Part shown: positions 26,673 to 40,020 of the stretch, piece after piece
Layout of the letters: each line of letters opens with the position of its first letter
How positions within the stretch are numbered: position 1 is the stretch's first letter
Assembly (NCBI RefSeq): GCF_018977255.1
Contig: NW_024704743.1
Coordinates: 86,492,001 to 86,556,000 of the forward strand
DNA from: Callorhinchus milii
Lineage: Eukaryota
Direction of reading: 5' to 3'
Length of the DNA stretch: 64,000 nt
Made by a program: the position numbers and the translations under genes
Notes under the pieces: model-generated
What the model saw: only the letters and a program-made list of their open reading frames with translations
What the model was told of the DNA's origin: nothing
Database searches by the model: none

Positions 26673-29600
26673 GATCAGGGTTTGTGCCAGTGGTGTTGAG
26701 TCCAGCAATTAATGTACTCCAGACCATTAGAGCATGATAAGATTTTCAAATAGTTTAAAATCTAGCTTGTTGTTAATTCAAGATTATTAAGACTTCACTT
26801 TTAGTTAGTCAGAAATTCCATGACTGCTGTATAATACATTATAATATAAGAGGTGAACATTGCATCAGTGTGAAATGGATACACATTTAATGTTCAATGG
26901 CTCTCAGCTGGTGACTGGTAGAAATCGATGTCAGTCAGCCATTATAACACTGTTCAGTTCTCAGTAGTCAATGAGTTTTGATTAGTGATGTTTAATTCGC
27001 ATCTGAAGACTCCTTTTCTGAAGAGAATGACTCACACTGGGATATGTTTCTTTGGGTGCCAGCCATCCACGACCAAGAGTTTACTTAATATTTATCCTAG
27101 AACGATTGATAATTCTGTGAAACTTACGTGCTGAGTACAACTTTTTTAGATTCCAAACACAGGAAGCTGAATTGTTTGAATACTTGAAATGTAATTGAAT
27201 AAATGATGATCGTAGTGGGAACAATCATTAGAAATGATCATGGGTTTTGGAATATGAAATAACGGATAGATTAATGACTACATTTAATCCTTTGCAAAAT
27301 ATTTCATGGGAATTTAAATGGGTATTGTTTGCCAGGTCAGCAAAAGTGTCAGGTCAAAGTTCCTGCTTAAAAAAGATCCCCTGTTGCTCTGTTTTATAAA
27401 GATTAATCAGACTAGGACATTGACTTGGTCAAGTGAATGGCATTGATGGGTGTGTTTGGTCAACGTGCCGAAAATGAGCTCATGCAAGTAGCGTGAGCTA
27501 ATCTGTGAGCTAATATATAATTACCATGGTGACTTGTGTTTGTAGTAAATTGTAATAATAATGAATGCCTTTCAATCTAATTTAATCCAATCTAATCTAA
27601 TTGAATCTGATGTTCTCCTTCAATCTCAAACTGCTCGGAAAGATCTTTTTGTTTAATCAGCCAGCTTTTACTAAATAAATTATTCATCTAACCATATAAT
27701 TGTAATTCAATCTTCCACCACCAAGTGCAGTGCAAGTTCTGGAAGACTGAGATCAAATGGGCTGAAGGGCCTTCTTCATCCAAACCGATCTTGTGAAACC
27801 ACACAGACTAATTGCAGGTTGCAATTCGTTCTTTGCTGAGTTAACTAATTCCAGTCGCACAACATTGAGATCCTATCATTATCCTTAACGGGCAGGGAGC
27901 GAACTCCTGGGATTCCGCCGAGCGGTAGGCCAATGGTGTAGTCTTTAAATTTAGACCCCATTATTCACTGTGAGTGGAAAGTAGTTCAGACTGAAAATAT
28001 CATGTACTCCCCAAGGCTCAAGCAGGAGAAATGCAGTTCATGGTCTCCTGTAATTTGCTGGTTAGCTGAGACACCAGTTGTGCCCTCCACATAGCCTGAG
28101 AATCACTTACCCTCCGTCGTATAGCATCTCAGCCAACTACCCTGTGTCTTAACAAACAACCACAGCGACACATCACAGACACTAACCCAGTGATTAGAAT
28201 CAGTTACCTAGTGCAGCTGCAAGCAGCTCAACTATGCTCACTCATGAATTTATTATAACATGTACACTATTGTACTATATTATATTTAGTGTAAACTATG
28301 CCAAGAATGCATTCATGGTGTGAATGTTTTATAACTGAAACAAAACATTTTCAATGAAAAATATTTACAAAAAAACTAGTTTAATTCATAAATAAACCCA
28401 ATTTCTTTAATCCTCATGTTATTCAATGCCTATTATATATAATAAAATGTATAGAATTAAACCTTATTTGAACAAAGCATGCAGGGAAATGTTGATCGTT
28501 TAGCAAATGTGATGAGGAAAAGCAGGAGATAAGCTCAATAGATTTTCTTGGAGGGAGGGATGGAAGTCCAAGATATTAAAAGCTGAGAAGAGGTCTGAAT
28601 TCTCAATGTAGGTATCTGAACTATGGAATTAAATACTTATGTTCTTCAACTTCATTACATTCCATAGATTGCTGCCCAGCTCGGATCTTTTGCATGTGGG
28701 AATGTTGCTTGAGGTCACTGAGTGTACCATGGTATGACGTTTTGGGCCATATGATCTCACTAGATGTTATCAGATCTGTTCTGTCATCTGCAAGATATAC
28801 ACACTTGGAGAGGCCAATGTGTCATAGATGGCAACAGTATTTCAGAATCGTTTAAATTATTAATGCATGAAACTGACACTGTCTATTTTGATGAATATGC
28901 CCTCGTGAGCTGGATTTATTAACTTGTTCTTGTTGTCTATGTTTTGCCTGAACACATTCTCCACTTGAGATTATTCTCAAGGTCAGTTACTGTTCTTCCC
29001 CATAGCGATTTTGACCATTTCCAGTTGCCCACCTTCAATATCATTTGATGACGAGTAAAGCATTTGCCTAGGAAAGTGTTAACCATTTCTTTGTACTTAT
29101 TTGGATAAAAAGGGTGCTCAGCAGTCAGCTATCCACCTCATCATTTTGATCAATTGCCAAATGGACTTTGCTGACTCTTTTTTTGAGTACTGTGTCTGAG
29201 AATGGAAAACACATATTTCCAGACAGCGCGCTTTAGTGATTAATGAGCAATGCAAGCAACCAAAAGGCTAATTTAGTCTCTTGTGGATGTCCACGTAAAT
29301 ATTCTCCCAAGTAGGGAAGCAGGGTTAATCTTTGGTCAGACAGTAATGATATTGTCCAGTTTTCTCTGATTTTGTTGATAGTAAATAGTACTCAGAGGCT
29401 GGGGATTCATATGGTTAAATATGGATTTAACTTCAAAAAACAGATTTTCACTGTATTTCCTACTCAGGCAGTCTAGGTGTGAGGTGTATCTACGTGTCTC
29501 ATAGTGGTTGAGGAACCAGGCAATGCTCCAACATACACTTAATCTCTAGTTAAGGAAATCTCCATGAATAATCTTTTGACAATAATTATACCACACACAT

Positions 29601-30214
29601 TTTTCCAAGCATGGTTTAACCCATGTAAAGAAACATCCAAGAGAGAAAGGAATTTCCTCCGATGTTCTGGTCATCAATCTCTCAGATAAAATTGACCATT
29701 CACCTCACGGCTGTTTGTAGGATATCGCTAGATGCAAATTGACTGCCATATTTTGTCTGAAAACTGGCAGTCACCACACTGTAAAATAAATCCTGTGAAT
29801 CTCTCTGAAATGTTCTCACAACATGAAGACATCTATATCAAGTGCAAGGTTTATTATTATTATTAATCTAAAGCTGCCAACAATTAAATTGAATGAAAAT
29901 ACACAGATGCCTTGCCAATAATCTGAGAATCTTAACTAAAAACACCTTAACACATCCAAACAGTAGGATCAGTTTTTACCATTGAAAAAATTCGACACTG
30001 GGAAGAAACAACTAAATCTACTCTTCAAATATGCTCCTTTGCGTTTGTAGAAAACTTATCCATAGAAAGGTTTGCCACAAAATCATAGAATGATACAGCA
30101 CAGAAATGGACCATTTGGCACATCCATTTTATCTCCATGAGATACTTTGTCTAATCCCATTGGATTTCCTCGCTTTATAGGAGATCCATAATCAGTGAAG
30201 TAGACAAGTGTTTC

Positions 30215-30646
30215 AGAAATCATGCGTGCGGGATCTCTTGGCTCCCAGGTACTAGGGCAAGGGAAGTAACCGAGCAAGTAGAGGAGATTTTGGAGAGGGA
30301 GGGAGAGCAGCCAGTAGTCATGGTTTATGTGAGAACCAATGTCAGAGAATAGAGTAGGTTTCAGGTCCTGCAGAATTAGGAGATAGATTGAGCAAAAGAC
30401 CTTGAGTGTTGTAATCTCAGGATTATTCCCTATGCCACTTGCTAGTCAGTATATTAACAGGAAGATATGGCAGGTAAATGTGTGGTGGAGACGTGGTGTA
30501 GGAGGGACATATTTAGATTCATACGACATTGGGACTATTCTGGGCGAGGAGTGAGCTGTACAGAATGGATAGGTTACACCTGAACAAGGTTGGTACCAAT
30601 CTTCTTGCTGGGAAAATAACTGGGCTGTAACTGAGGATTTAAACTG
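30215..30646 (+). mobile_element. CR1 ORF1 fragment (SGNH/esterase-like domain)
   Basis: Translates as LPGTRAREVTEQVEEILEREGEQPVVMVYVRTN...DRLHLNKVGTNLLAG, parallel to 31112-31500. Confidence 0.8.
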
Positions 30647-30647
30647 A

Positions 30648-30812
30648 TGTAATAATAATAATCTCTGCATGTGATATAACGCCTTATCATGTCTTCAAGA
30701 ACATCTCTAAGCGCTTCACAGAACATACTGTAAAGTGACTTTACTATATATTTTGTGGGTGAAACCGGCAGCCAATTGCGCACAGCAGTGTCCCACAAAC
30801 AGTTGTGGATTT
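30648..30812 (-). mobile_element. SINE 3' half
   Basis: (TAA)n tail plus body matching 4680-4830. Confidence 0.85.
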
Positions 30813-30829
30813 TAAGCCATGCCACATGG

Positions 30830-33800
30830 AGAGGTACAGTAAGAGGAGTGTGAGATTGATAGCCAGCAGGGTAGCATTTACTTAATAGAGGCAGAGAAGT
30901 AGGCACTAGTCCTGTCCAACAGGTACAATGTACTTGCTACATTAGATGAGGGAGAAATCTGTGAAGGTGGTCCAAATGCAAACCAAAGCACCATAGAACA
31001 GAAGGCAGTGTAAGCGGGGGAGGAGCAGATTAGAAACATTGTAGTTATAGGGGATGAAATAATTAAGGGGATCGAGGGAATCCTCTGCAGTCAAGATCGA
31101 GAGTCAGGAGGGTGTGTTTTCTTCCCGGTGCCAGGAAAAGGGATATTTCAAAGCAGCTGGAAAGAAACTTGGAAAGAGAGGGGAAAAAAACAGTTGTTGT
31201 TATCCATGCGGCGACCAATGACATAGGAAAAAGCAAGAAGGAGGTCCTGCTAAGGGAGTATCAAGAGCAAAGGGTTAAATTAAAAACAAGGCCTCACAGG
31301 TGGTAATTTCCGGATTGCTACGTGCAAATTGACATAGGGATAAACAGAACAGGGAAATGTGGCTGAAACAGTGGTGTGAGAAGGAGGGGTTCCATTTCAT
31401 GGGACACTGGCACCAGTACTGGGACAGGAATGAGCTGTACTGCTGGGATGGGCTGCACCTGAACAGAGCTGGGACTAAGGTACTAACGAAAAGGATAAAT
31501 AGGATTGTAGAAAAAGCTTTAAATCAGTAAGGGGGGAGGCTCAGATTGAAACCAAAACATAAGGCAAGGAGAGGATGAGAGCAACGGTCAGAATACAAAT
31601 AGTGATGAAGATAACATGAATACTACAGGAAAGAAAAAGATAATAGGAAGTTATCACAAAAGGTGTAACAATTCAAAAAGTGTGAGAAGAACATTGTCCG
31701 GATGTATAGGCATGTTGGGGACAGTTAACCAAATAAGAGTTATGTATACAAATGCACGTAGCATAAGAAGTAAAGCAAGAGAGTTAGAAGAACAAGCTGG
31801 TTACAAGCTCAATTTGGTTACAAACTGGGCAGGATTGGGCGCTAAATATTCCAGACTATAAGATCTTTGGAAAAGACAGGGATATTGGGAAAGGAGAAGT
31901 AACAATATTGATAAAAGATACTATTGAAGCAGTGGAAGGGAAATATTTCATTAAGGGAGATCAGTTAGTGGAAACACTGTGGGTAGAATTAAGGAACAAC
32001 AAAGGAGGTAAGACTTTGTTGGATGCAGTCTACATACCTCTAGATTGTTGTGTTGTAATGGGGAAATATATAAATACAGAGATCAGGGAAGCATGTAGCA
32101 ATAGCAATGTGGTTATAATGAGAGATTTTAATTTTCACATAGACTGGGAGAAGCAGGACACCTCAGTTAGTAAAGGCAACAAATTTCTGGAATCTATTCA
32201 GGACAGTTTTTAGGAACAATACGTTTTAGAACCAACAAGGGGCAAGCCATGCTGGATTTGTTGATGAGTAATGAGCCAGAACGAGTTAACAATCTGACAG
32301 TAAGGGAATAGCTTGCAAATAGTGATCATAATATGAATGAATTTGACAGGGAGAGAAGGGAGAGTCTAAAACTAAGGTTTTAAATTTAAGTAAGGCAAAC
32401 TTCAATGGGATGAGAAATACATTGACCACAGTAAACTGGGCTGTTATTGGGTAAACCTGCAGGTGAACAATAGGAAGTATTCAAAAAAAAGTATCTAATA
32501 CAATACAGAACAAGTAATTACCCCTAAAATGCAAAAGCTCCAAACATGTAGTTAAGCAACCATGGTGAACAAAAGAGGTTAGAGACTGTATCAAGCTAAA
32601 AGTAAAGGGTTACTCAAATGCAAGAAAAATTGGGAATGCAGAGGACTGGGAGGACCACAAAAGACAACAAAGGGATACAAAGAAAGTAATAAGAGGAGCA
32701 AAAAGGGAGTATGAAAAAAAACTTGCAAGGGATATTAAAACCAATAGTAAAAGCTTTTATAAATATATTAAAAGAAAAAGAATGGTCAAGGGGAATGTGG
32801 GTCCATTAAAGACAGATGTAGGTGAGACTATAATGGAAAATAAGGAAATGGCTGACTTGTTAAATAAATACTTCGCTACTGTTTTTACAGTAGATGATGA
32901 GGACAAAATAACAGCCGTACAGGGGAACCTAAAAATAAGTCAAAGAGAAATGCTTAATAAAATTAATATAAAAAAATGGTAATGGAGAAAATAATGAGGC
33001 TCAAGATAGACAAATCTCCAGGACCTGATAGTTTCCACCCAGGGTGTTAAAGGAAATAGGAGAGGAAATTGCAGATGCATTCATCATAATTTTCCAAAGC
33101 TCACTAGATTTGAGAATTGTGCCCTTAGATTGGAAAATTGTGAATGTCACCCATTTATTTAAGAAGGGAGGGAGGGAAAAACCAGGAAACTAGAGACATA
33201 TCAGCTTAACGTCGTTATAGGGAAAATATTAGAATCCATCATCAGGGACAGAGTGACTGAACACAAAAAGAGTCAGCCTGGGTTTGTGAAGGGTAGGTTG
33301 TGTCTGACTAATCTAGTTAGATTTTTTGAGGAGGTCACTAAAATGGTGGATAATAGAGTGTCTATGATGTTGTTTATATGGACTTTCAGAAGGCATTTGA
33401 TAAGTTCCACACAAAAGATTATTAGCGAAAATGGAAGAGCATGGAGTCGGAGGTAACCTTGTGACGTGGCTTGGTAATTGGGTGGGAGGCAGGAAACCGA
33501 GAGTAGGGATAAAGGGAACATTCTCTGATTGGCGGGTTGTGACAAGTGGTGTCCCTCAGGGGTCCTTATTGGGACCCCAGCTATTCGCCATATATATAAA
33601 TGACTTGGATGAAGGAATAGAAAGTTTTATATCCAAGTTTGCAAATGACACTAAGCTAGGGGGCTCAGTAAGTTGTGCAGATGGGAGTAGGAAGTTACAA
33701 AGGGACATAGACAGATTAAATGAGTGGGCAAAGCTGTGGCAGATGGAGTTCAATGTAGGGAAGTGTGAGGTCATCCACTATGGACTGAAAAAAGATAAAG

Positions 33801-34185
33801 CAGAATATTTTCTTAATGGGGAGAAATTAAGAACTGTGGAGGAGCAAAGAGATTTGGGTGTCCATATCCACAAATATGTCCAAAATTAGGGGACATAGTC
33901 TTAAAATTAGAATCAGACATTTTAAGAGTGAAATCAGTATGCATTTTTTCACTCAAAGGGTGGTAGAAATCTGGAATTCTCTCCCTCAAAAGGCCATGGA
34001 TGCTGGATCCATCCACACCTTCAAGAGTGAAGTTGATAGATTTTTGGTAGGTCAGGGTATCAAGGGATATGGGGAGAAAGCGGGAAATTGGAATTGAAAG
34101 GATTATTTCAGGCATAGATCAGCCATGATCTTATTAAATGGCGGAACAGGCTTGAAGGGCTGAATGCCTTACTCCTGTTCCTATG
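30830..34185 (+). mobile_element. Near full-length decayed CR1 LINE: ORF1 esterase, ORF2 APE endonuclease and RT, 3' UTR
   Basis: ORF1 reads VVIGDEII, CFLPGAR, VVIHAATNDIG and DGLHLN. The endonuclease reads MYTNARSI, ETLWVEL and VIMRDFNF. The RT reads GVPQGSLLGPQLF and KFANDTKL. Many stops and frameshifts; ends cctgttcctatg. Confidence 0.95.
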
Positions 34186-34189
34186 AATT

Positions 34190-34364
34190 AGTACCCGCAG
34201 TAAAGCGAACCTCCAATCAACTAGCAATTGGGTTCCTACTTACTTCGAGGTAAACAGAGGCATGTGGAATAAGGAAACTTGCCCAACATTTTACCCTGCT
34301 GGGAATCAAACCCAGGTTTCTCGCTTGCGAGGCAAGTGCTCTAACCACTGAGCTACAGGGCTCC
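34190..34364 (-). mobile_element. tRNA-derived SINE 5' half (long form)
   Basis: A-box and B-box head at 34300-34364 on the minus strand, plus the extra segment. Confidence 0.88.
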
Positions 34365-34719
34365 ATGGTAAGGTAGGGGAGGGAAGAAACATGATATCAT
34401 ATGGTCGGGAGTGAATAGGTAGGGACATGCAGAGAACAAGATAACCTTGACTCCTGTAGAGAGCACGGACTGATTGGTCAAGTGGCCTGTTTCTGTGTTG
34501 TACATTCTTTGTAAATAATTTCATCCAAAATGTGGTTGCTGCAGCAACTGAGCCAGCCGAAAGAACATTTAATCCTGCTGTGCACAAATTCCAAGATTTC
34601 AGTGTCAATTCAGAAAATACCAGATTAAATGTTTCCCTGCAGGGCAGTTATCAACTGGGACATCTCCCAAGCACCACATTTTTATTCCATTGTCTTTTTC
34701 TTCAATAAATTCATTAAGT

Positions 34720-35049
34720 GGAGTCCTGTAGCTCAGTGGTTAGAGAACTCGCTTTGCAAGCGAGAGACCTGGGTTCAATTCCCAGCCTGGGTGAAACCTT
34801 GGGCAAGTTTCCTTACTCCACACATCCGATAATAATCCCTCAAGAAAAAAAACGATAATAAATTGGTCACTTCAATCCACGATTGTTTGTGGGACACTGC
34901 TGTACGCAATTGGCTGCCGCATTTCACCCACAAATATACAGTCAATTCACTTTGCAGTCTATTCTGTGAAGCGCTTTAGTCTATTCTGTGAGACGTCCAG
35001 AAGATGTGAAAAGTGCTATATCAAATGCAAGGATTATTATTATTATTAT
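34720..35049 (+). mobile_element. Young tRNA-derived SINE (short form), full length
   Basis: GGAGTCCTGTAGCTCAGTGG...GGTTCAATTCC head; small internal duplication of agtctattctgtga; (ATT)n tail. Confidence 0.93.
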
Positions 35050-36061
35050 GAAGGGCATGAGAAAAGAATTTGACCAATGTTTTATTATTAAGAGCCCAGA
35101 ACGCATTCACAGTAATTACCGTCAAACGTAGTGACTGTTTCTAACATGACAGCCATTTTACGCAGCAAGATCCCACACACAGCCAGTGAATGTCTGATTA
35201 ATCTGAAGGATTGTTGTTCAGGACACTCCCTCATCTTTTCAAAAAGTGTCATGGGATCTTTTAAAAAAACGCCAGACAGGACCTTGGTTTAGTGTCTCAG
35301 TGATTTATTTTGTCACACCAGTACTGTAAAACTTCTGCTTCTCCTTAATAAAAAATTGCTGTTTAGAAAACCACATGTTAAATTATTCTAATCTCACGAC
35401 AGGAGCGAATTGAGTCAGTTAGAAAAATTATAATAAAATTGTTTACAAGAGTTAATCATATTTTCACCACATCCAAATACTATAAGCCTTGTTAAAAAAG
35501 GAAGATGCCAAAGTTGGGAGTAAGGATCATGCCCAAACCCATTGATAATTAAAGACAGGCCAAAATCAAAATTTTCAGCTGGTCAATAAATTGTTCCTTT
35601 ATTAAATATGGATTATTGAAGAACAGATGGCCTAGCATTATGTGTTTACGCTAAGATGCTCAGGATCTAGTTTGGGAGCTATTTGTTAAAAGGGAAGTGA
35701 ATAAAAAGCCAAAAATTGTAATACATGTGTTTTTGCTGAGAAAACAGAATCTCACTGCCAGTGCATAATGGCTTAATTGGAGATGTTTGAAACCAGTTCA
35801 TAAGATCACAAGAGGTTTGGATGAAAAAAGTCCATCAGTCCATTTCATCTTAAACTTCCAGAACACCAACTCTACCATCGTCCCATTACTGTATCAAGTT
35901 GTTTCTTAAATGAGTTATGTGTACTGGCCTCAAATGCATTGAACATCTTGCATACAATCTAACCTGTTAAAGCAACAACCTCTATTTTCTAAAATAAACC
36001 ACTTCTGTTTAGCACCCACATGTCTATCGCAAATTAGAGCGGCCACTCTTTTTTAGTCCTG

Positions 36062-36320
36062 TCAGAGGGGAGGTGAGAAATGTTTGTTTACACAGCGAGT
36101 TGTTCAGATCTGGAATGCATTGCATGAAAGGGTGGTGGAAGCTGATTCGATAACAGCTTTTAAGAGAGAAGTAGATAATTATTTGGGGAGGACAAGTTTG
36201 CAGGCTTATGGGGAAAGCACGGGGAGTGGGATTGATTTGGATAATTCTTTTCAAAGATCCGGCACAGACACAGTGGGCTGAATGGCCTCCTTCTGTGCTG
36301 TATAATTCTATGATTCTATG
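36062..36320 (+). mobile_element. CR1 3' end, same subfamily as 1-1786
   Basis: High identity to 1515-1786; reads FTQRVVQIWNAL; ATTCTATG tail. Confidence 0.92.
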
Positions 36321-37159
36321 AGAATTGCATGCAACATTCCAGCTACAGCCTGTCCAGAGCACTATACAACTTCAATATGTAATCAGTATGGGGAATCTAA
36401 ACTCAATGATTCGACAACATGGACAAGTATCTTATTTGCCTTGTTTATTGCTGCCCTATGTTTGGCCATGGTGAGCAACAAGTCGACTACCACCACCAGG
36501 TAACGTTCAGCTAGTTCTTGGCAATTACATGTGCCTCGTATTTTCACTTCCTCTATGTAGTACCTTGCATTTAATATTGAACTAAATTAATCATTTTCAT
36601 TGTATATGTGCCATATTCTATTTCAAATGTGTTGCTGTACACCATTTCAAGTTATGACACCCAGATCTCTCTAGTTTAGAAACAGAAGAGTAAGATACAG
36701 GAGAAATGTGTGTGCGACTAGAATGACATCAGCATGAGTATACTGACAGTTTTAGAGTCAAATCTTCAGCTAGGCTCATTAGTTTTCAAATTTGTTTTTT
36801 GGTATAACTAAAATGATGACTGAGGCCAGAATGGTCTTAAACCTGCAGCACTTGTTTCTGAGATGAAAGTAAAGTGTTGATTTCTTGGACTTTTCATATC
36901 GAAATCATTTCGACATATCAGCACCTGAAAGACAGCTGGAAAAACTGTGCAAAATGCTCTGCAGTGATGGCACATTTCTTTTGGTCAGCCGAGTGTCTGC
37001 CACACATATAAAGCAGACTGATAGTTCCATGCATTTCGTCTACAAAATATGGTCCATTCACTTTACAGTAAATTCTGTGAAATGCTTTGAGATGTTTTGA
37101 AGACGTGAGAAAGCGTGATATCAAATGCAAGGATTATTATTATTATTATTCCATTTTTA

Positions 37160-37420
37160 CATGGGAATTCCCATGTCTGGAATGAAATGTGCATTGCTTC
37201 CATGAAGGGACCCACTCTGCTAACCTAAATCTGGAAAGTATTAGACGCAAGTTGGCGAGAGCCAAGACTTGGGGACCCCGGAGCGTGCTGTTGGAGTCTA
37301 ACCAGCTAAAACCACATAGCTTGCCATTGAACGTACTGACTGGAAAGCTCCCCACTACTTGGGGACCATCCTTGCCTCCAATGACGGTTTGCTCCTTCTA
37401 CTGCTAACCTCTCTCCCCAT
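37160..37420 (+). repeat. Unclassified dispersed repeat, copy 1
   Basis: Homologous to 58547-58838 (e.g. agctaaaaccacatagcttgccattgaa vs agctaaaatcacatagcttgccattgaa). Confidence 0.75.
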
Positions 37421-39573
37421 AATACAATAAGTTGGGCCATCGTCTACCTGAACCTAACAGTTTCAGTGATCCTTGTAAACTATTATAAGAGCCCATGTTA
37501 GTTACTGACCATATGTGATATAATTGTAATCCCATCCTTCCATTGCTCTAAAGCAACATGTTACATTTCTTTGAATGAATGTTTATTGTCTTTATTTACA
37601 TGATTTGATATGAAAAAATATATTGTTTTATGGCTACTGCAGAGTTTCTCATAGTGAATATGCACATAACTGGATGATGTGAGAACTTCACTTGTCTTCA
37701 GACTTGTAACAAAATGGTGTTGTATTGCACAAAACTTTGTCATGTGGATTGCTGGCCCACAGAGAGACATGCATCTGCTAGACAGCTCCTTCTCAGCTTT
37801 GCAGTTCTGTGCTGCTCTATGACCCATTGTGCTACATGAAGGAGGCAAAGCCTGAGAAAAAGCCAGAGATTCTGCCATCAGATTAAATGTTAAACCAAGG
37901 TCCCGTCTGCCTACGCAGGTGGGCGTTAAAGAACCCATGGCCTATTCGAAAAGAGAAGGGCATTTCTCTCGATGTCCTGGCTATAATCACCCAGATAACA
38001 TTTATTTTTGCACTGCACAAAATTGGTTTACCACAGTCATCCACAAAATATACAGCAACTACACTTTGCAAAACATCTCTGAGGTGCATTGAGACATTTG
38101 ATGAAATAGCATGGTATCAGGACAAGAATTCTTTCTTTTTGTTAAGCCTAGCCCAATTAAGTTTACCCTTAGACTGTCATCTCATCAGTCTGGGCCAGGT
38201 TTAAACTTGTATAACTTTACATTATTAATGAAAATAAATTAAAATTAAAGCTTGCAGTTTCTTATTTCCCATTGGAATTGACAACCATACTAACATCTGA
38301 TGGACATTACAGAAATAATTAATGGGAAATGTCTACATCAGCAAAGACAGCTTCAGAACTTTAACATTTGCTCTTTTGGTGTTAAGCAGTCATGACAAAT
38401 ACACTGCATTTGTTTTTGCAACTATTGACTTTGACAGAAACCAAATTCAGCCATAAATAAATTCAATTTATGAAAACTCAAGACAACACTCTTGGATTCC
38501 AGTTTTAGTAATACAGTATAAGCATTAGAAATGGGAAGAAGTGCAGGGAGCGGCATTCATTCACTTGATACAAGGAGAGCTGTTTTATTTGGCCAATGAA
38601 AGTTACCAACTCAGCTCTAAAAGTGTCCCACATCTTTGACAGCAATACAGCCATAACTCTGATGTAATATACTCAGGTCTTTGACAGGCTATAAATGTAA
38701 TTTGTTTGCAGAAGCAAATCCGCTCGTTGTCCATCAGGCTGTGGCCAGCAAAAAGGCCACATTAAACAAATAATTCATTTCTGAATTCAGTTAGATCAAT
38801 AAATGTTGCACAAGGGTTTCCACACTCCAGTTCCTCAATGAACTGCAAAGCCGAATAAAATGTTTGCAAAGCCATTCTTTATACATTATAGAAATCTCGC
38901 CCCATTTACATGGTCTGTATTATGTCTGGATAATGTTTTCTTAAACCTGACCTTTTAGGACTTTCTCCATTAGTACTTTATTTTTACAATCCAGCACATG
39001 AAAATGTGGATTATATTTAATTCATCTGGTATCCCAACCTAACTGCACCATTCTGCAATTTGGACTATTAGTTGATTTAGTGCTTATTTTTTTGTGAGAT
39101 TTATCTTTCCTTTAGTGGAGTGCGAGAGAAGACATATGGATGAATAACTTATTTTAAAGGAGCTCACTTCAATTATTTTTCTAGAGCACATCTACAAAAT
39201 GTGTGATTTGCAAAGCCAGAATCTACACCATTTAATTTTTTCCCTCTCAGATTCCCTTAACATATTCCTCTCATTGTCATGCTTTCTCTTGTGTGCTGCA
39301 TATTTTACTGAACACTTCACAATAAATCACTGATATTCCAGCATTTCAATTTGAAACATAAATTGAGGTCCAACAGAATTCAAAAAGTAAAAACACTCCC
39401 GATTCAGAAGCAAAATCGTTCCTGGTTCAAATGCAAAATGGTTCAAGATTCAAAAGCGAATTGGAGTTTACTCCCAAGATAACCTTGAAAAGACTTTGAT
39501 ACAAACGCTATTGTCTAATCCGCGGAGATATAAATCAGTTCTGGTCTCACTCCAAAATGATCCACTAATATAT

Positions 39574-40020
39574 GACAGTCTGGCTCAGTGGTAATATTCT
39601 CGCCTCTGAGTCAGAAGGTTGTGGGTTCACGCCCACGTCAGAACTTAGAATTGTATAGTCTAAGCTGACACTCCGATGCAGTATCGGGGGGATGGGGGTT
39701 GCTGCAATGTCAAAGGTGCCATGCTTCGGATGAGACACTAAACCAAAGTTCAGTTTGCCTGGTCAGGTGGATGTTAAAGATCCCATGGCACTATTTGAAA
39801 AGAGAAAGAAGATTCTCCTGGTATCCTGGCTGACAAATCCCCCAAATAAAATTGATCACTCACTCCATGACTGTTTCTGGGACATTACTGTGTGCAAATT
39901 GATTGCTGCATTTTGCTCACAAAATACAAAGTCAATCCAATTTATAGTATATCCTGTGAAGCTCTTTGAGACACCTCAACAACATGATAGGATACTATAA
40001 CTAATCCAAGGATAATTATG
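39574..40020 (+). mobile_element. Old tRNA-headed SINE, Deu-domain-like; most complete copy in the window
   Basis: A box TGGCTCAGTGG, B box GGTTCACGCC, core ttcggatgagacactaaacc...caggtggatgttaaagatcccatggcactatttgaa. The 3' part is related to the young SINE tail. Further copies lie near 29630, 35100, 37870, 40790, 44710, 56760 and 57660. Confidence 0.8.

Noticed and set aside
30830..34185. Possibility of an active or domesticated CR1
   Set aside because: Numerous stops and frameshifts, RT catalytic motif mutated to FAND, and an internal deletion.
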